A DNA stretch of 64,000 bases from Tubiluchus corallicola (Eukaryota; Animalia; Priapulida). Every line of letters starts with the position of its first letter. The stretch's first letter is position 1. The stretch is from assembly GCA_030141605.1 (NCBI GenBank), contig JAQGDQ010000584.1, forward strand, positions 62,001 through 126,000, in the 5' to 3' direction. The notes beneath the pieces are model-generated. The model was not told the DNA's origin. It saw nothing but the letters and a program-made list of their open reading frames with translations, and did not search any database. The position numbers and the translations under genes were made by a program. Of the stretch, positions 1 to 13,573 are shown piece after piece.

Positions 1-154
1 ATTTAGAACTACTTCAGTACATGTTTATTTGTATTAGAGAAAGTGCTAATACTCTTCTGGTTTTAATGCAGTTTCTGTATGGTCGTGCTGAGCATGAAGA
101 ATACGCGTCACTTTGAATGACAGCTTAGTACAAGCCTGTGCGTTTCTCAAGACA

Positions 155-250
155 ATGGGTAGAGCTGTGATTCTCGATGACGCTGTTCATAGCTTTTTAC
201 GATCTCTGGTCACTGGGAAGTTGTTGAAGTCTGGACTAATAATTGGCCAG
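155..250 (+). CDS. ODR4: ODR-4 homolog exon 1 (MGRAVILDDAVHSFLRSLVTGKLLKSGLIIGQ)
   Basis: ATG at 155, donor CAG|GTGAAA; matches ODR4 N-terminus MGR...SGL(L/I)IGQ. Confidence 0.9.
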
Positions 251-688
251 GTGAAATGTAAATTCTAATAAATTTGCCAGTTTTATCAGTTTTTTGTCAA
301 TACCCGGAGTATTTTAGACATTGGATTTTTATTGTAAGTTTTTGGCACAGTAAGTGAAAAAACGTCCTTGTTAATCCAGAAAATCCATTTTCTAGCTAAA
401 TAACCTCCGTAGTCTCACAGTTGTGGCTGTGTTTTTTTAAGAAATTTAATATAATAGTAAGGAAAAATAATAAGATTTTTTAAGGAAGCAAGAAAATACC
501 AGTAGTCTCCTCGTACCTCTATATCATCGCGCAACTATGCCTCTACAAAGGATATATGATATTTCATGATACAAGAGTTTATTTGTCTGTCCTAATGAGA
601 AATTTCTGTTCATGTTTTCCATGATTTTCTTGTGGTTCTAAATGTCTGCAGCCCTTGGTAACACTGTAATTTTACTATGTGCTCCTAG

Positions 689-898
689 GCCACTGCTGCA
701 AAGGATTACGTCCTTCATTTGGCCACCACCCCCAAGCAGGATGTCCAAGGCAGCGTTCCGAGCATCAACATTCCCGCCGACCTCTCCCCCACATCCGCCG
801 TGGGAGGTATGATTCCGACCGGCAGCAAGGACAGTAGAGGCAAAACGGAAGAGGCTGATCTGCTGGATGAGAAATGGATCAGTCAGCACGTCAAACAG
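689..898 (+). CDS. ODR4: ODR-4 homolog exon 2 (ATAAKDYVLHLATTP...LDEKWISQHVKQ)
   Basis: cctag acceptor, CAG|GTAAGA donor, phase 0-0; KDYV..LA.TP and DE.W...H..Q motifs. Confidence 0.92.
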
Positions 899-1888
899 GT
901 AAGAATATTTAGAGATGTGGCGGTCCTTGGTTCAAATCAAGACCTAGTCATAACCTTTTTTAGATTTTCTTCTCAGTTCAGTAATTCTGTGTTCATTTTA
1001 TCGTGCAGTAACAATATTTCTCATGGTTTATTTCTACTGAGTATTGTTTATGAAAATGTAACTAAAATTTGATAATGTGGCGGTTTCACAGCCAACTGGT
1101 CATGCGCATATATGCCTCACACTAGTGGCTTGTGGTTATTTGCTTTTAGTACTCTCTTTTAGGTGGTTTCACTCACCTTGTCGATTCTAGTTGTTTATCC
1201 CGTTGTCCCCCTGGGACACTACTGTCTGTTCAGTGGCTCATTTTAGAGCAAAAATATTGAGCTGGGCTCCAGTCTTGCCACAAATGTCAACATTGAGTAA
1301 TTGAACCACTGAATGCTGTATTTTAAATGAATTGTTTTTATGAAATACTAACTAAATGTATTTGCTGGCCCACGAGATATTCTCAAAAACGTATGGATGA
1401 TTTCAATCAGTTTTTGTGGCAAGATAACTTGTCCCTCAAGGGAGGCCTCGCTAAATTTTGACAAAATTCGATTGCTTAACAAGAGCTAATAGTTGATCAT
1501 TCAAATCACTGCAATCGTAAAATCAATAACCTTTTTGTTGAGCGCATGTCGTTCTCATGTCTACCTCTGCTTCGACCACCTCTGCCTTTGCGTGTAGCAT
1601 CTCACCTCGCTAAGTTCCTAACCGTATTCAAGAAACTGGAAAACCTAAAAAATAATCGATTTTTCAAGATGGGATCGTCCGTTTTTGTTTCTATACTGCG
1701 TACATTTTTCAGCTTGGTGTTTATAACTGTGTCAGAGGCCGATTATACAAATATCGTGTTTGCCGTTTCAGTGTTCGCCTATCATTTTTTATAATGGTGT
1801 ATTGCTCCTTGGTGATTTAGCTATTGAGTGGATTTTTCTACAAATCTTTGTTCACGTTTTTAACTAACACAGTGACAGTAGCAGCATA

Positions 1889-2314
1889 CTGTAAGCCTCG
1901 CTTAACGACTCCCCGTTTAGCGATGTTTCATTTTAACGACACTGAATATTCAACACTTTTTTGTTGCTTAACGACATGTTTCATTTTAATCACGATTTTT
2001 TTACTTTGCTATCATCAGCTTTCACTATGCAGTGTTTAACACGAAATCCCTAGCAAGTCTAGCTAGATACTGGTATGAAACATAGGCGGTTTCAAGCAAA
2101 CAGAAAGAAATTAATCAGTACAAATATGAATAAAACTCATAAAACATTTAATTTATATGATTTGAGCAGCATTGATGCATTGATTTTTGGTTCTGGAACG
2201 TATCTCAGTTCATTTACGTTATTTTCCATGGAAGTTTTGGTTTCATTTAACGATGTTTCGCTTAACGTTGCATTTTGCTGGAACACTTTAGCGTCATCAA
2301 GCAAGAACTTACTG
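1889..2314. mobile_element. Tc1/pogo(Tigger)-like MITE family A
   Basis: Imperfect TIRs C.GTAAG..TCGCTT, TA flanks; homologous to 12247-12957 and 16586-16995. Confidence 0.75.
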
Positions 2315-3926
2315 TATTATCACAACTCCTACCGTCTGGCAGTAATTGTTGGTACAGTTTCTTTTCTATCGATAATTAAGTGTGATATGTTTAACTAGTA
2401 TATACAACGGCGTATGATCGTTTATTTGAGATGATCGTAGAGATAAATTGACCATAATAAAAAGTTATGATCAACTTATCTTTTATTCTTTATGGTTTTC
2501 TGCTAGACTTGTATAAAAATTCTCTTTTGCTCAAATGCCATGATAAATGAATACTACTGGAAACAAGATGGCACACAGTTTCATGTACAATATCTAGTGA
2601 AAGGGCCTACAATGAACGTAATACAAATAAGAAATAATGCACAAGAAAAGCCTCAAACACTGTTCACCTATATACGAATGTAAATGTGTTGCGGGCATTC
2701 AAAAAGCAGGGCTTGTTAGATTGTCCCACACAGTGAAAAAAAAGTAATGGAAATAATCTGAAAATTTAAAGTGAATCATGTGATAAAAAAACATTAGTGC
2801 TTAAAATGGAATGATGTAATGAATGAAGCTCATATATGAGATGTTATAAAAGATAGAAAGACTTGAGTCTTTATAGGATTGAATCTTTTCCGAATTTGCC
2901 TTTTCACATTTCCCGCAATTGACAATCATCGTGAAAAGGTCAAAGGTTAAGTGTAGCAGACAACTCATTTGTTTACATTTGACAATGCCTCACAGCCCAA
3001 GCTATTGTAATAGTAACAGTTTTAACAGCTAGCTAGAACCTTGAATAGTTCATATAGTTCATTTTTTCTCGTTCGCAAGCAAGATCCTGCTAGTAAATCA
3101 CTCTCTGCACAGACTAGTTAAGTAAAGTCCAGGCAAAACAAATGGAGCTGCTGAGCTGATGCAGCAGACGAGTTTGCTTTATCCACATGCCACGTGACAG
3201 TTGTAGTTAAGACGCGTTGCTGCAATATGCTTAACCTTTGACCTGCATCTAACTTATACCAATTTGAGAAAATTGGTCCCCAGGCTGTGACGTGCTGTAC
3301 AAGGCACCCAATAATTAACTTTCAATCTGCTCTAAGCGGCCTTTCAGTTTGTCATCTGTTTGACCTACGTTTTATCTACTTGTCTTTTCAGAAAAATGAC
3401 CGGTTACCATGAACCACATGCTAATAGATACCCGAGTAAAATCTGTCCACGTCAGATACATTAACGCCTTGGTTATGTTAATAGACTCTTGCAGTTTTGT
3501 TCACGCTCTTCTATGAGTTTCAGTTTCTTTAATCAAATCCTGCTTTTTGCTGCCATAACTTACATTACTAGTGCAAAACCTAAAATACAGGACTGCCATT
3601 TAATTTTTGTTTTTAGCCAGGATCAAGGTGCAGGACAATATCATTTTTGAAGTGTCTTCCAGAAGTCCCCTTATTTATTGTATTGTGTGTGTGTGTGTGC
3701 ACAACAGAAGTGTGAAAAAGCCTTATTAAACAGTTTTAGCTCATTTAATCCATTATTTATTCTGTGTAGTTTGATCAGAGGTACAATAAATATGTATTAT
3801 AAAAAAAGTATAATGTTTTGTTAATATCGTGTGTAACACAGCTTGTAAGTTATTTATACCGTTTTGTTGTAGAGTCGATAGACAATGGTGACTGTGATCG
3901 GAGAATTTCTGTTTCGTGTGTTGCAG

Positions 3927-4022
3927 GTAACTAGGATGCTGCCGGGAGGGCTGGACGTTCTTGGAATATTCGTTGCTGCTCCCCCTGATACAATGCAGTC
4001 GCTGCAACCCAGGTTTCGCCAG
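3927..4022 (+). CDS. ODR4: ODR-4 homolog exon 3 (VTRMLPGGLDVLGIFVAAPPDTMQSLQPRFRQ)
   Basis: ttgcag / GTAAAT; diagnostic V.RMLPGGL.VLG.F motif. Confidence 0.95.
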
Positions 4023-4212
4023 GTAAATTTGTTTAGACGTAATTTATTGAAAATGTAACATATGGATAGGTTTGAAACAGACAGTTTTACAACTGATATA
4101 TGTTCTCCCCTAGTGGGAGTGAAATGGTGTACAGACGCAGAACAATGGTGACTACAATGTACGAAAAATGTCGCCTTAATTATGAACATTACCATACAAG
4201 GAGAGTAAAGTA

Positions 4213-4713
4213 CAGTCATACCTCCATTTTCAAACGTCTTCGTACTCGTACAAATTGGTTTTCGACTAGAAAATTCGAGCTGAAATTGTCTCCGCTCTCG
4301 ACCAGAATTTCGGTAGTCGACCAACCGCCAGCACGTGATGTGAACGCATGCGCAGCGAGCCGAGTGTAACTGACTGCGTCCAAGAGTAGTCACACGTGTT
4401 TCTGCTCTTGCTTACGTATACCATCACACTGCTACCAACACGTAAGGTTTTTCATGCAGGAATAATTATGTTTTTCTTTCTAAGGAATTCTATTATGTTT
4501 TTCTTATCAATAATATCACATCTACTGTTTAAATAAGCATTTTTGCATTATTATATTTTGTTTTAGTAATACTTTTCCGTTCATTTAGTGTTTGAGAACG
4601 GATTATTTGCTTTTACATTATTTCTTATGGAAATAAATGATTCGGTTCTCAACCAAATCGGTTTTCAAACACTTTTTAGGAACGAATTATGGTCGAAAAC
4701 AGAGGTATGACTG
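4213..4713. mobile_element. Tc1/pogo-like MITE family B
   Basis: TIR CAGTCATACCTC / GAGGTATGACTG, TA TSD. Confidence 0.88.
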
Positions 4714-6620
4714 TAGTTAATACTATTTAAAGCGCTTAGTGTTTGAAATAAAAGACTGCTCTAAAACAAAAATTTGAGTGTTCACAGAATTATCTAGGGT
4801 ATGGTTCCCATGCAGGAAGTTCATTTGTTGCAAGACTGATATTGAAAGCTGACAAAAGACTGCAGAGATTTTTAAATAAGTCGTGTCTGGCCTGGCGGTA
4901 AAAAGGGCAGCTAACTAAGTAATGACCGACTGTTTCATAAGCAGAACCAGAAAAACTCGAGAACGGTCAGATTAAAAACAAACGTGATTTCCAAATTTAT
5001 CATAACCACTTTTTTCTTACGACATTTATATCTTCTTTATCATTTTGCAATGGATTTTCCTGCCAGGTAAATTACTATGCAGTATACTAACTGTTTTCTT
5101 CCTTATTTGTAAAATACCTGCCGGAACATCGAATTTGATTTCTAATCACAATGATGACTGATTCTTACGTTTAAATAACGAATGTTTGTGCGCATGTGGT
5201 ATTTGTGAATTTGACGTGTTGTGCTGTAATGCACTGATCAGATCTGTGCTTTGGGACTGCTCATATGGCTGGGTGTTAGTGATTAGCAAATGCTGCCTTT
5301 AGCAGATTTTCAGTAAAATCAGATTAAAAACAAACATCACGATTTCCAAATTTACTGACTCACTGCTTAGCGACATTTCGTTTTAATGACGTTTTATCAT
5401 TTGACACCTGTTTTTGCTTAACGTCACATATTTCGTTTTAACGACGATTTTTTTCCTTACGTTAAACACGAAAATCTTATGTGCTGCACTTGCATTCTGT
5501 CAAGAAGCCCACCATTAAACCCTGATCACCATAGCACAACTAAACCAGCAGCAGACAATCAGGTACAGCTATAGGCAGACCACGATCATTCATTGCTTTC
5601 CCACCTTTAGATAAAATTCTTCTTGATAAACCCAGAGTTTTGCTGATAAAACTCTCTCCTGTTACATAATTAATTGGCTGCCACAAACACAACACTGGTA
5701 ATCTATACTCTTATATTAATATTCTTGGTACATATATATATTTATTTATATATAAGATTCGAGGCTACAGCCCGGACGAGGGCACCATTTGCGGCGATCT
5801 ATATATCAAACGAAAGGTCTCCATCTAGTGTCGTGCCATTGATGGTTTATTTTTCGAATATTAGTAATATTTTTATTAAAGAAACATTGTAGAACCATAA
5901 GCATTAAACCATATAAAGTGTTTAATTTATGAGCCAAACGTTATTGATTTTCTCCTGCAAGATAACTGAACCTTTTAAGGTAGCCACTCTGCAGCAACTG
6001 AACGTTTTCACATAGCTAAGCACAATTAATTTTTGCTCCTGGAACGCAACTAAATGCTTTTACAATGTTTCTTATCGAAAACAATATTTCATTTAGTGAC
6101 ATTTCGCTTTAGCATCGTCAAACCAGGACTTGGTGTTCATCACGACCGCTTTTTTCTGCTTACATCTTTTTTTGCTGAGTTTCTTTATGATTTTCCAATG
6201 AATTTTCCTGCCTTGCTGTTCAGGCACTTTGTCTATGGTTTATCCTACCACAGTAAAGTGTTGATAGCATATAAATACTCATTGAGCACAAAATTTGTGT
6301 TAAGATTGAGGAAACATCTCAGTGGTCACTGTTCTTTGTTTGACTGCAAGATTAAGCAACACTAGCTTTGTTTAGCATGTGATGGATAGCTGCTGGGAGA
6401 ACAGTTTATGGACAGTTTTGTCTGACATAAACCCCAGCTGTTTAAATCCTAAAGTGCGTTTGGAAGTTTTGTAAATGTCTGGATTTGGCGGAGTTATTAC
6501 AGCAAAATCAGTATCATAAAGGGTTGTTCCTCAAGATGACATCGTTCCTATCCTGCCACATGCGCTAGGTTGCTGCTAGCAAAGTGTATAGAAAACTTGT
6601 GTGAAATATCCAAGAGAGAT

Positions 6621-7470
6621 TTCTTCTTCTTCTTCAAAGTCTCATTCCGTCTATTGTAGGCATCGAGGCATTAAAATTTATTAGAGTTCCACCCACTCCT
6701 ATCTGCAGCTAACAGCGTAAGTTCTTCTACTCCTAACGATAGATGTGGTTGAAATTGTTGAACATCTTTATTTATTTTAGCTAGCTAAGTTGTTTTTGGC
6801 TTGCCAGGTGGTTTATGCAATAGTTTTATGGCTTTCATTAAGGTGATTCTTACTGGTACGTCACTTGGTAATTTTCAAAGGTGTCCTAGCCATCTTAATC
6901 TTCGGTTTTTGTCTTTTGAACTTCAAGGAATTTCTTTCCTTCTAGTGAATAAATCTTCATTTTTGGTTATGTATGGCCATCTTATCTTTAAAACTTTCCT
7001 TAGAAGACCTCTTATGAAATGTGTCAATCTGCTTTTCTTGAGTAATCGTTAAACCCCAAGCTTTACTGTTGTACATGAATTTGCTGGTAACGTAAGCATT
7101 AAATAATCGAAGTCTTATGTTAAGACTTTATTTCTTACTGGTTAATACATTCTTGTGTTGAAGAAACGCATGCATTGCTTGTTGCTTTTAATATCTTCAG
7201 TATTTAGAAGACCATATAAGCATTAAATAATCGAAGTCTTACGTAAAGACCTAATTTCTTGCTAGTTAATACATTCTCGTGTTGAAGAAACACATGCATT
7301 GCTTTTTGCTTTCTACTTTAAATATCTTCAGTATTTAGAATAGCGTATAAGCATTAAATAATCGAAGTCTTATGTTAAGACCTAATTTCTTGCTAGTTAA
7401 TACATTCTTGTGCTGAAGTAAAGCATGCATTGCTTTTTGCTTTCTTCTTTTAATATCTTCAGTGTTTAGA
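6621..7470 (-). mobile_element. RTE-like LINE 3' fragment with ~125-bp internal triplication
   Basis: (GAA)n tail; decayed peptides LRLFNAY, LYNSKAW, RWLGHL, PGKPKTT, AADRSGW; related fragment at ~61295-61470. Confidence 0.7.
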
Positions 7471-7666
7471 AGAGTGTCCATAGAGAGACTTAAGAACATA
7501 AAATGTTTGCGAAGGAATGTTTTTGTTGATCAAAATTCCACAAAAAATGGCGAACAACTATGGTATAATGAATTTTGTTTTGCCTTGAATATAAAATCGA
7601 GAGTTCCAATATTTTTATGGTTAAATCCGCCTTGTCACGCCTGCAATAAACATTCTTATTCTATAG

Positions 7667-7810
7667 GTAATTTTTGCCATTTCAAGACTACTAAGTAAAC
7701 ATCGGATGTCTGTAGCCGCAGCTGATGAGCCCACACATAGGTTAGTGTTGCAGGTGTGTAGCGCATCGGGCCGGCACTCGTGTAGGAGTTTTGATGTGAG
7801 CGATCCCACG
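7667..7810 (+). CDS. ODR4: ODR-4 homolog exon 4 (VIFAISR...RLVLQVCSASGRHSCRSFDVSDPT)
   Basis: ctatag / GTGAGT, 144 nt phase 0-0; CR..D..DP motif. Confidence 0.9.
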
Positions 7811-9535
7811 GTGAGTGCAAGCTCCCTCTGTTAGTGTGTACGAAAACTCAGTGGGTGATATTAAAAATTTCATGTCATCTCGAATATTTATGTATAACTT
7901 ATATTATAATAATGATTAGTTAGTTAAAGGACAAGAAAAGGGGTACTTGAAGTAGGTTTCAGAAAAATCGCCTTAAAAATTATTTTATAGCAGTTTTATG
8001 TGTATATCGTACTCGTGTTAAAAGGATTTTTTGTTTGTTTTCATTTTAAATCTCCGTTGGCATCATATATGCAAATGTAAATCAGGGGATGAAAAGGCAA
8101 TTTTAAAGGCCAAAAAACTTTCCATACAAAGTTTTCTACTTAGCATTTCGCTTACTTACTTGAATGACTTACGTAACTAGAAATAAAAATTTAAAATATT
8201 TGTGCCAATTGATAAAATTTCACTGGCTTACCCTCCAGGGGGCGATACTCACTAACCCAAAATGTATTTGTAATCTTATTGACAAGATGCAGTAATTTAA
8301 AATTTTAATTAGTTAGCAACGTGTGCGCTACGAATGCTCTGATTACTTTTTCAAACTTTACACAATGTTGCCTGAACTTGTTTCAAATGACTTATGGTCA
8401 AAATGGCTGTGCCAAACGGTCATCGTGGGACTTTAAATTTACAAGTTTATACAGCGTTTTTGCCAACGTAATCTCTGTATTCAAAAACACAGTATGTAAG
8501 TAGTACAAAATTTCAAGAAGAATTTTTTGAGCTTTGTGTAAGTGGAGGGTTTTCTTGCTCTTTATACAACTACAGTCTTGTTGTATAGTGCTTTCTTTGT
8601 AAGAAATGGTGTCTCGCTTTAAGTCAGAAACATTGCTGTCTTTTGCAACTGACCGAATGTTCTCTCCGAAGGCTTGACTTTTCCTTTAATCAGTAATGCG
8701 GACAATTATGGCACCATATTTAACAGAATGATACAAAATCAAATCTTATAATGATTATAATTTTAATTTCAAGAATATTTTGGTGATGGGATGAACACAC
8801 AGTTATTGAAATTTCAAAACTTAACTTTGATGAAAGGAAAAAATGCAAAAAAGGAAACACTGAACCTAGGTTTGAACCACAAGCCTTTTTATTGCAATAT
8901 TTCCAAGTGTTGGTCTACTCTAGCTAGAGTAATTTATTAGTCCGTCACAAGACATTTATTAGCTTGTCACAAGACATGCAAAGCCAAACTCAAGCGTCTG
9001 GTTCTAAGGGTTGGAAAACAAATTAAAACATCTAGTCAGAGCCATTCATGGGTTCTAATTCCGAAAATAAGAACTGATCTTATGATTTCCCTTGCTTATC
9101 AGGATCCTGTATTGTGAAACAATTTACCATTTAACTTCAAAGAAATTATGATATTTTTGGCTTTAAAAATGTAGACAAAAATAATCATGATATATCTCTA
9201 TTTTAGCTTAAAGGACAAGAAAAGGGGTAGCTGAAGTAGGTTCCAGAAAAATCGCCTTAAAAATTATATTACTTTACAGCATTTTATGCATATATTGAAA
9301 TCGTGTTAGAATGAATTCTTGTTTGTTTTCATTTTAAATTTCCCAGAATACAGAATTATTACTGCGCTTAATCGCAAGGGTTGATTAGTCTAGTGACCGT
9401 TGTGTTGGACTTGTAAACCAAAGTTCTCTGGTTCAAGTCTGGGTTCATGCTGACTTTTTCGCACAAGCTGGGAGCCAAGTCTGTTTTCAAAATTTAAATA
9501 ATTTTCTAAAGTACTTTCGGAAATATCTTCTCTAG

Positions 9536-9673
9536 TGCGATGCCAAACCAGCGGATCTAAAGTTCCAGTCAATTTCCAGTAAGTGGCATCAGATCAATAC
9601 AAAACTGAGCGTCGACTGGCGGGTGCCGATTACCATAGAAACGCTAGCAACTAGCTTGATGAAGCAGCTGCAG
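9536..9673 (+). CDS. ODR4: ODR-4 homolog exon 5 (CDAKPADLKFQ...LMKQLQ)
   Basis: ctctag / GTTAGT, 138 nt; A(K/R)PAD.K(F/Y)Q motif. Confidence 0.9.
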
Positions 9674-9685
9674 GTTAGTGTGTGA

Positions 9686-9855
9686 GTCTAGACTGTCAGT
9701 CACACTTCGAAGAGTGTGTCTAGACTGTCAATCACACTTCGAAGAATGTGTCTAGACTGTCAGTCACACTTCGAAGAGTGTGTCTAGACTGTCAGTCACA
9801 CTTCGAAGAGTGTGTCTAGACTGTCAGTCACACTTCGAAGAGTGACTAGACTGTC
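9686..9855. repeat. 32-bp minisatellite, ~5 copies
   Basis: Unit GTCTAGACTGTCAGTCACACTTCGAAGAGTGT. Confidence 0.95.
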
Positions 9856-10673
9856 TTGCAAAGATGTCAAATAAAACAGCACAAAGTAATTTAATACTCC
9901 GCACAGGCTGTCATTCTCTTTGAGTGTCATTCGACAGCTGAAGGAGAAATGAATACTGCGTCTAGACTAGACTGTCAGTGCCAGTGTTCGCTTGAAGTTA
10001 CTTCTTAAAAAAAGCTGTTTAGAACTTCTAAACCGTTGACCAAGTTCTCACATGTTATTTTAATGCTTTGTTAGAGTTTTTAGACTTTAGCAGATGGTGA
10101 ACTACACACCCACATGCACGCAGACACACACATGCTCACACAGACACAACTGATGATGTCACAACTGAACTTAAGTTTCAACAACAAAAATATTCCACGA
10201 GCGTGTTGCACGTGTTTGCGAAAGCTCTCGCACGTGTGCACTACATCACAACTGAACCGAGAAGCACTACACCTTTTTTGTGCACGGCAATGTCATGCAA
10301 TGTTATTTAAACTTGTTTCAAATGACCTACTATTAAAATGGCTGTGTCTTATGGTCGTCGCAGGAGTTTAAATTTTCCAATTTTATACAGTGTTACTGCC
10401 AATGCAAGCCCTGCACGCAAAAAGACAGCATATAAGTGGGGTAAAACTTCAAACGTTAAGCTTTATGTAAGTAAAGGGTTTTCTTGTGTTTTAGTTAAAA
10501 ATGACTGTTTTGTTTATTTTGGTAAAATTCACGTTTTCAAGTGGCGAACCAAAAATTACGCATTTCAACCGAATTCTGGAATATATCTTATTGATCAGAT
10601 TCAAATTTTTTGTATCAAATTTTTCTTATATAAAAATTTGTCGATCTACAAAATTCTTTATTGGGTTTTTTAG

Positions 10674-10853
10674 GCTGGTTTACACCCATTTTGCATAGAC
10701 ATTTGGAATTCTCTAGCTCTTTTTGACGGCGCGTTACGAGACGACGACGAGAATTTAAGTGAAAGCGCTGCACCAGAGAGCAGCAGGGGTAAAAAAAGTC
10801 GAAGTCGCCTTGCGGAATCACTCGTCTTTGAAGTCGATTTGTACTCACAGACC
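10674..10853 (+). CDS. ODR4: ODR-4 homolog exon 6 (AGLHPFCIDIWNSLALFDG...FEVDLYSQT)
   Basis: tttttag / GTAAGT, 180 nt, open, phase 0-0. Confidence 0.88.
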
Positions 10854-11184
10854 GTAAGTTTGTTGCGAGTAGTTGTAAATGTTTAGTAATGGACGTTGGT
10901 CAGTAATCGGTTAGAGTCTGGTGTTGTCATGACATTGCTCTGACCAATAATGAAGAAGCAGGAGTAAAAAAGGCGAAGTTGTCTTGCGGAATCACTCGTC
11001 TTTGAAGTCGATCTGTACTCACACACCATAAGTTTGTTGTGAGTAGTTGTAAATGTTTAGTTATGGACGTGAGTCAGTAATTGGTCACAGTCTAGCATTG
11101 TCATAATGAAAGGGCTCTGTCCAATGATAGCTTTTGTTACAGTGTGTCTGCTGTTGACCGGACATATTGATGTAGAAATAATAC

Positions 11185-11776
11185 ATAGTGACTTTTGAGA
11201 AGCTAGTATTTACTGTCAACTGACTGCAGTGTCTACAGAGACTTTTGAGAAGCTAGTATTTACTGTCAAGTAACTGCAGTGTGTACAGTGACTTTTGAGA
11301 AGCTCAGTATTTACTGTCAAGTAACTGCAGTGTGTATAGTGACTTTTGAGAAGCTAGTATTTACTGTCAACTGACTGCAGTGTCTACAGAGACTTTTGAG
11401 AAGCTAGTATTTACTGTCAAGTAACTGCAGTGTGTACAGTGACTTTTGAGAAGCTCAGTATTTACTGTCAAGTAACTGCAGTGTGTATAGTGACTTTTGA
11501 GAAGCTCAGTATTTACTCTCAAGTAACTGCAGTGTGTACAGTGACTTTTGAGAAGCTCAGTATTTACTGTCAAGTAACTGCAGTGTGTATAGTGACTTTT
11601 GAGAAGCTAGTATTTACTGTCAAGTAACTGCAGTGTGTACAGTGATTTTTGAGAAGCTCAGTATTTACTGTCAAGTAACTGCAGTGTGTATAGTGACTTT
11701 TGAGAAGCTAGTATTTACTGTCAACTGACTGCAGTGTCTACAGAGACTTTTTGAGAAGCCCAGTATTTACTGTCAG
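11185..11776. repeat. 52/53-bp minisatellite, ~11 copies
   Basis: Unit GTGACTTTTGAGAAGCT(C)AGTATTTACTGTCAAGTAACTGCAGTGTGTAYA. Confidence 0.95.
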
Positions 11777-11809
11777 CCCATCGAGTGATACTGTTCTCTT
11801 GTTTTTCAG

Positions 11810-11932
11810 ATGGAAGGCAAAAAGATGACGAAGCCATTAGTGTGCGAGTGCGGTGCCATGCTTAGTATACGTGGCAATGTGCACGGCAGAGCATATGTGC
11901 ACAGTAAAGCTAGTGTGAAAGAAGCTGTTAAG
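11810..11932 (+). CDS. ODR4: ODR-4 homolog exon 7 (MEGKK...IRGNVHGRAYVHSKASVKEAVK)
   Basis: tttcag / GTGATG; G.V..RAY.HS...VK.AV motif. Confidence 0.92.
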
Positions 11933-12246
11933 GTGATGCGGCAGTTTTCATTTAAGAAATTTCTAGTGCCATCTAGTGTACAGTTTAATAAGTAAAACTC
12001 CTTGGATTGTTATTCATAATCGAAGAGTTATTCGTAAAGCAATTTTATAGTTTGTTAGTAAGTTTTGTAATCTGTACTGCCATCTATTGTACAGTTTAGA
12101 AAATGAAACACATGGCTGGTTTAATCAGAGTTGGTCATAATGCAGGTTTTTACTTTGTTATTAAAAGTAAGTAATCCATAGTGTCATCTAGTGTACAGTT
12201 TACTTTCTAAAACTACTCGGATGGCTTAATCAAAGAGTTATTCGTA

Positions 12247-12957
12247 CAGTGTAAGCCCTCGCTTAATGACTCCCCATTTACCAACATTTCCTTTTAACGA
12301 TGCTGAACATATCACACCTTTTTTCTAACTTAAGGATGTATGTTTCATTTTCTCTACAATTTTTTTCTTTGCTCACAGCCATTTTTTATTTTGTCAACAC
12401 GTTTTTACCTAATTTGAAGTATTAAGGTGGTACATATTGCATTATTCTGTTCTAAAAACACATTTGTAAGCTCAACAGTGCATTATTGTAACGTTTTTGC
12501 TTCCTGACTGACTACACACTAAATTCTAGCCGTTTGTATCAAGCGACACCCGAGTTTAAACTTTATGCCAAGAAATTTTCTCTAACGACCTAGCTGTTGC
12601 TATAACAACCAACTTAGTACTACATGAAATTGTTTCAAGGTCGCTTCATGCAAGCTTGTTTAACTGCTAACTCTCTGTACATAGGCTTCAGTTTATGGAA
12701 AGAGAACAGCTAGCAAGTCTAGTTAGATACTGGTATGAAAGATAGGTGGTTTCAAACAAACAGAAAGAAATTAATCAGTAGAAATATGAATAAAACCCAT
12801 AAAACATTTAATTTATTGGCAGCATTGATTTTTGCTTTTGGAACGTATCACATCTTTTAGATTACTTTCTACGGAAGTCTTGGTTTCGTTTAACAATGTT
12901 TCGCTTAACGATGCGTTTTTCTGGAATGCATTATCGTCGTTAAGCGAGGACTTACTG
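12247..12957. mobile_element. MITE family A, longer copy
   Basis: TA-CAGT..AAGCCCTCGCTTAA ... TTAAGCGAGGACTTACTG-TA. Confidence 0.8.
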
Positions 12958-13077
12958 TACATTGGATGTGTGAGTTTGCAAGTTTCCTGTTACAGTATAC
13001 TAAAACAGCTATGATATGTAAGAACTTTTCTGTGAAAATAACAACTCATGATCAACAACTCAGTCCGGAAAATAAGA

Positions 13078-13573
13078 GGCCATACAGATGCAATTGATAA
13101 ACACTAACTTTTCCTCCATTAAAATGCTCAGCTTTCAGACTTTAGCAAGGCTATACAGATGCAATTGATAAACACTAGCTTTTCCTGCATTAAAATGCTC
13201 AGTTTTCAGACTTTAGCAAGGCTATACAGATGCAATTGATAAACACTAACTTTTCCTGCATTAAAATGCTCAGCTTTCAGACTTTAGCAAGGCTATACAG
13301 ATGCAATTGATAAACACTAGCTTTTCCTGCATTAAAATGCTCAGTTTTCAGACTTTAGCAAGGCTATACAGATGCAATTGATAAACACTAGCTTTTCCTG
13401 CATTAAAATGCTCAGCTTTCAGACTTTAGCAAGGCCGTACAGATGCAATTGATAAACACTAACTTTTCCTGCATTAAAATGCTCAGCTTTCAGACTTTAG
13501 CAAGGCCGTACAGTTGCAATTGATAAACACTAACTTTTCCTGCATTAAAATGCTCAGCTTTCAGACTTTAGCA
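13078..13573. repeat. 71-bp minisatellite, 7 copies
   Basis: Unit GGCTATACAGATGCAATTGATAAACAC...CAGACTTTAGCAA. Confidence 0.95.

Noticed and set aside
3854-4393. 179-aa minus ORF and similar ORF at 38345
   Set aside because: Overlaps MITE family B and is antisense to ODR4 exon 3; no transposase motifs
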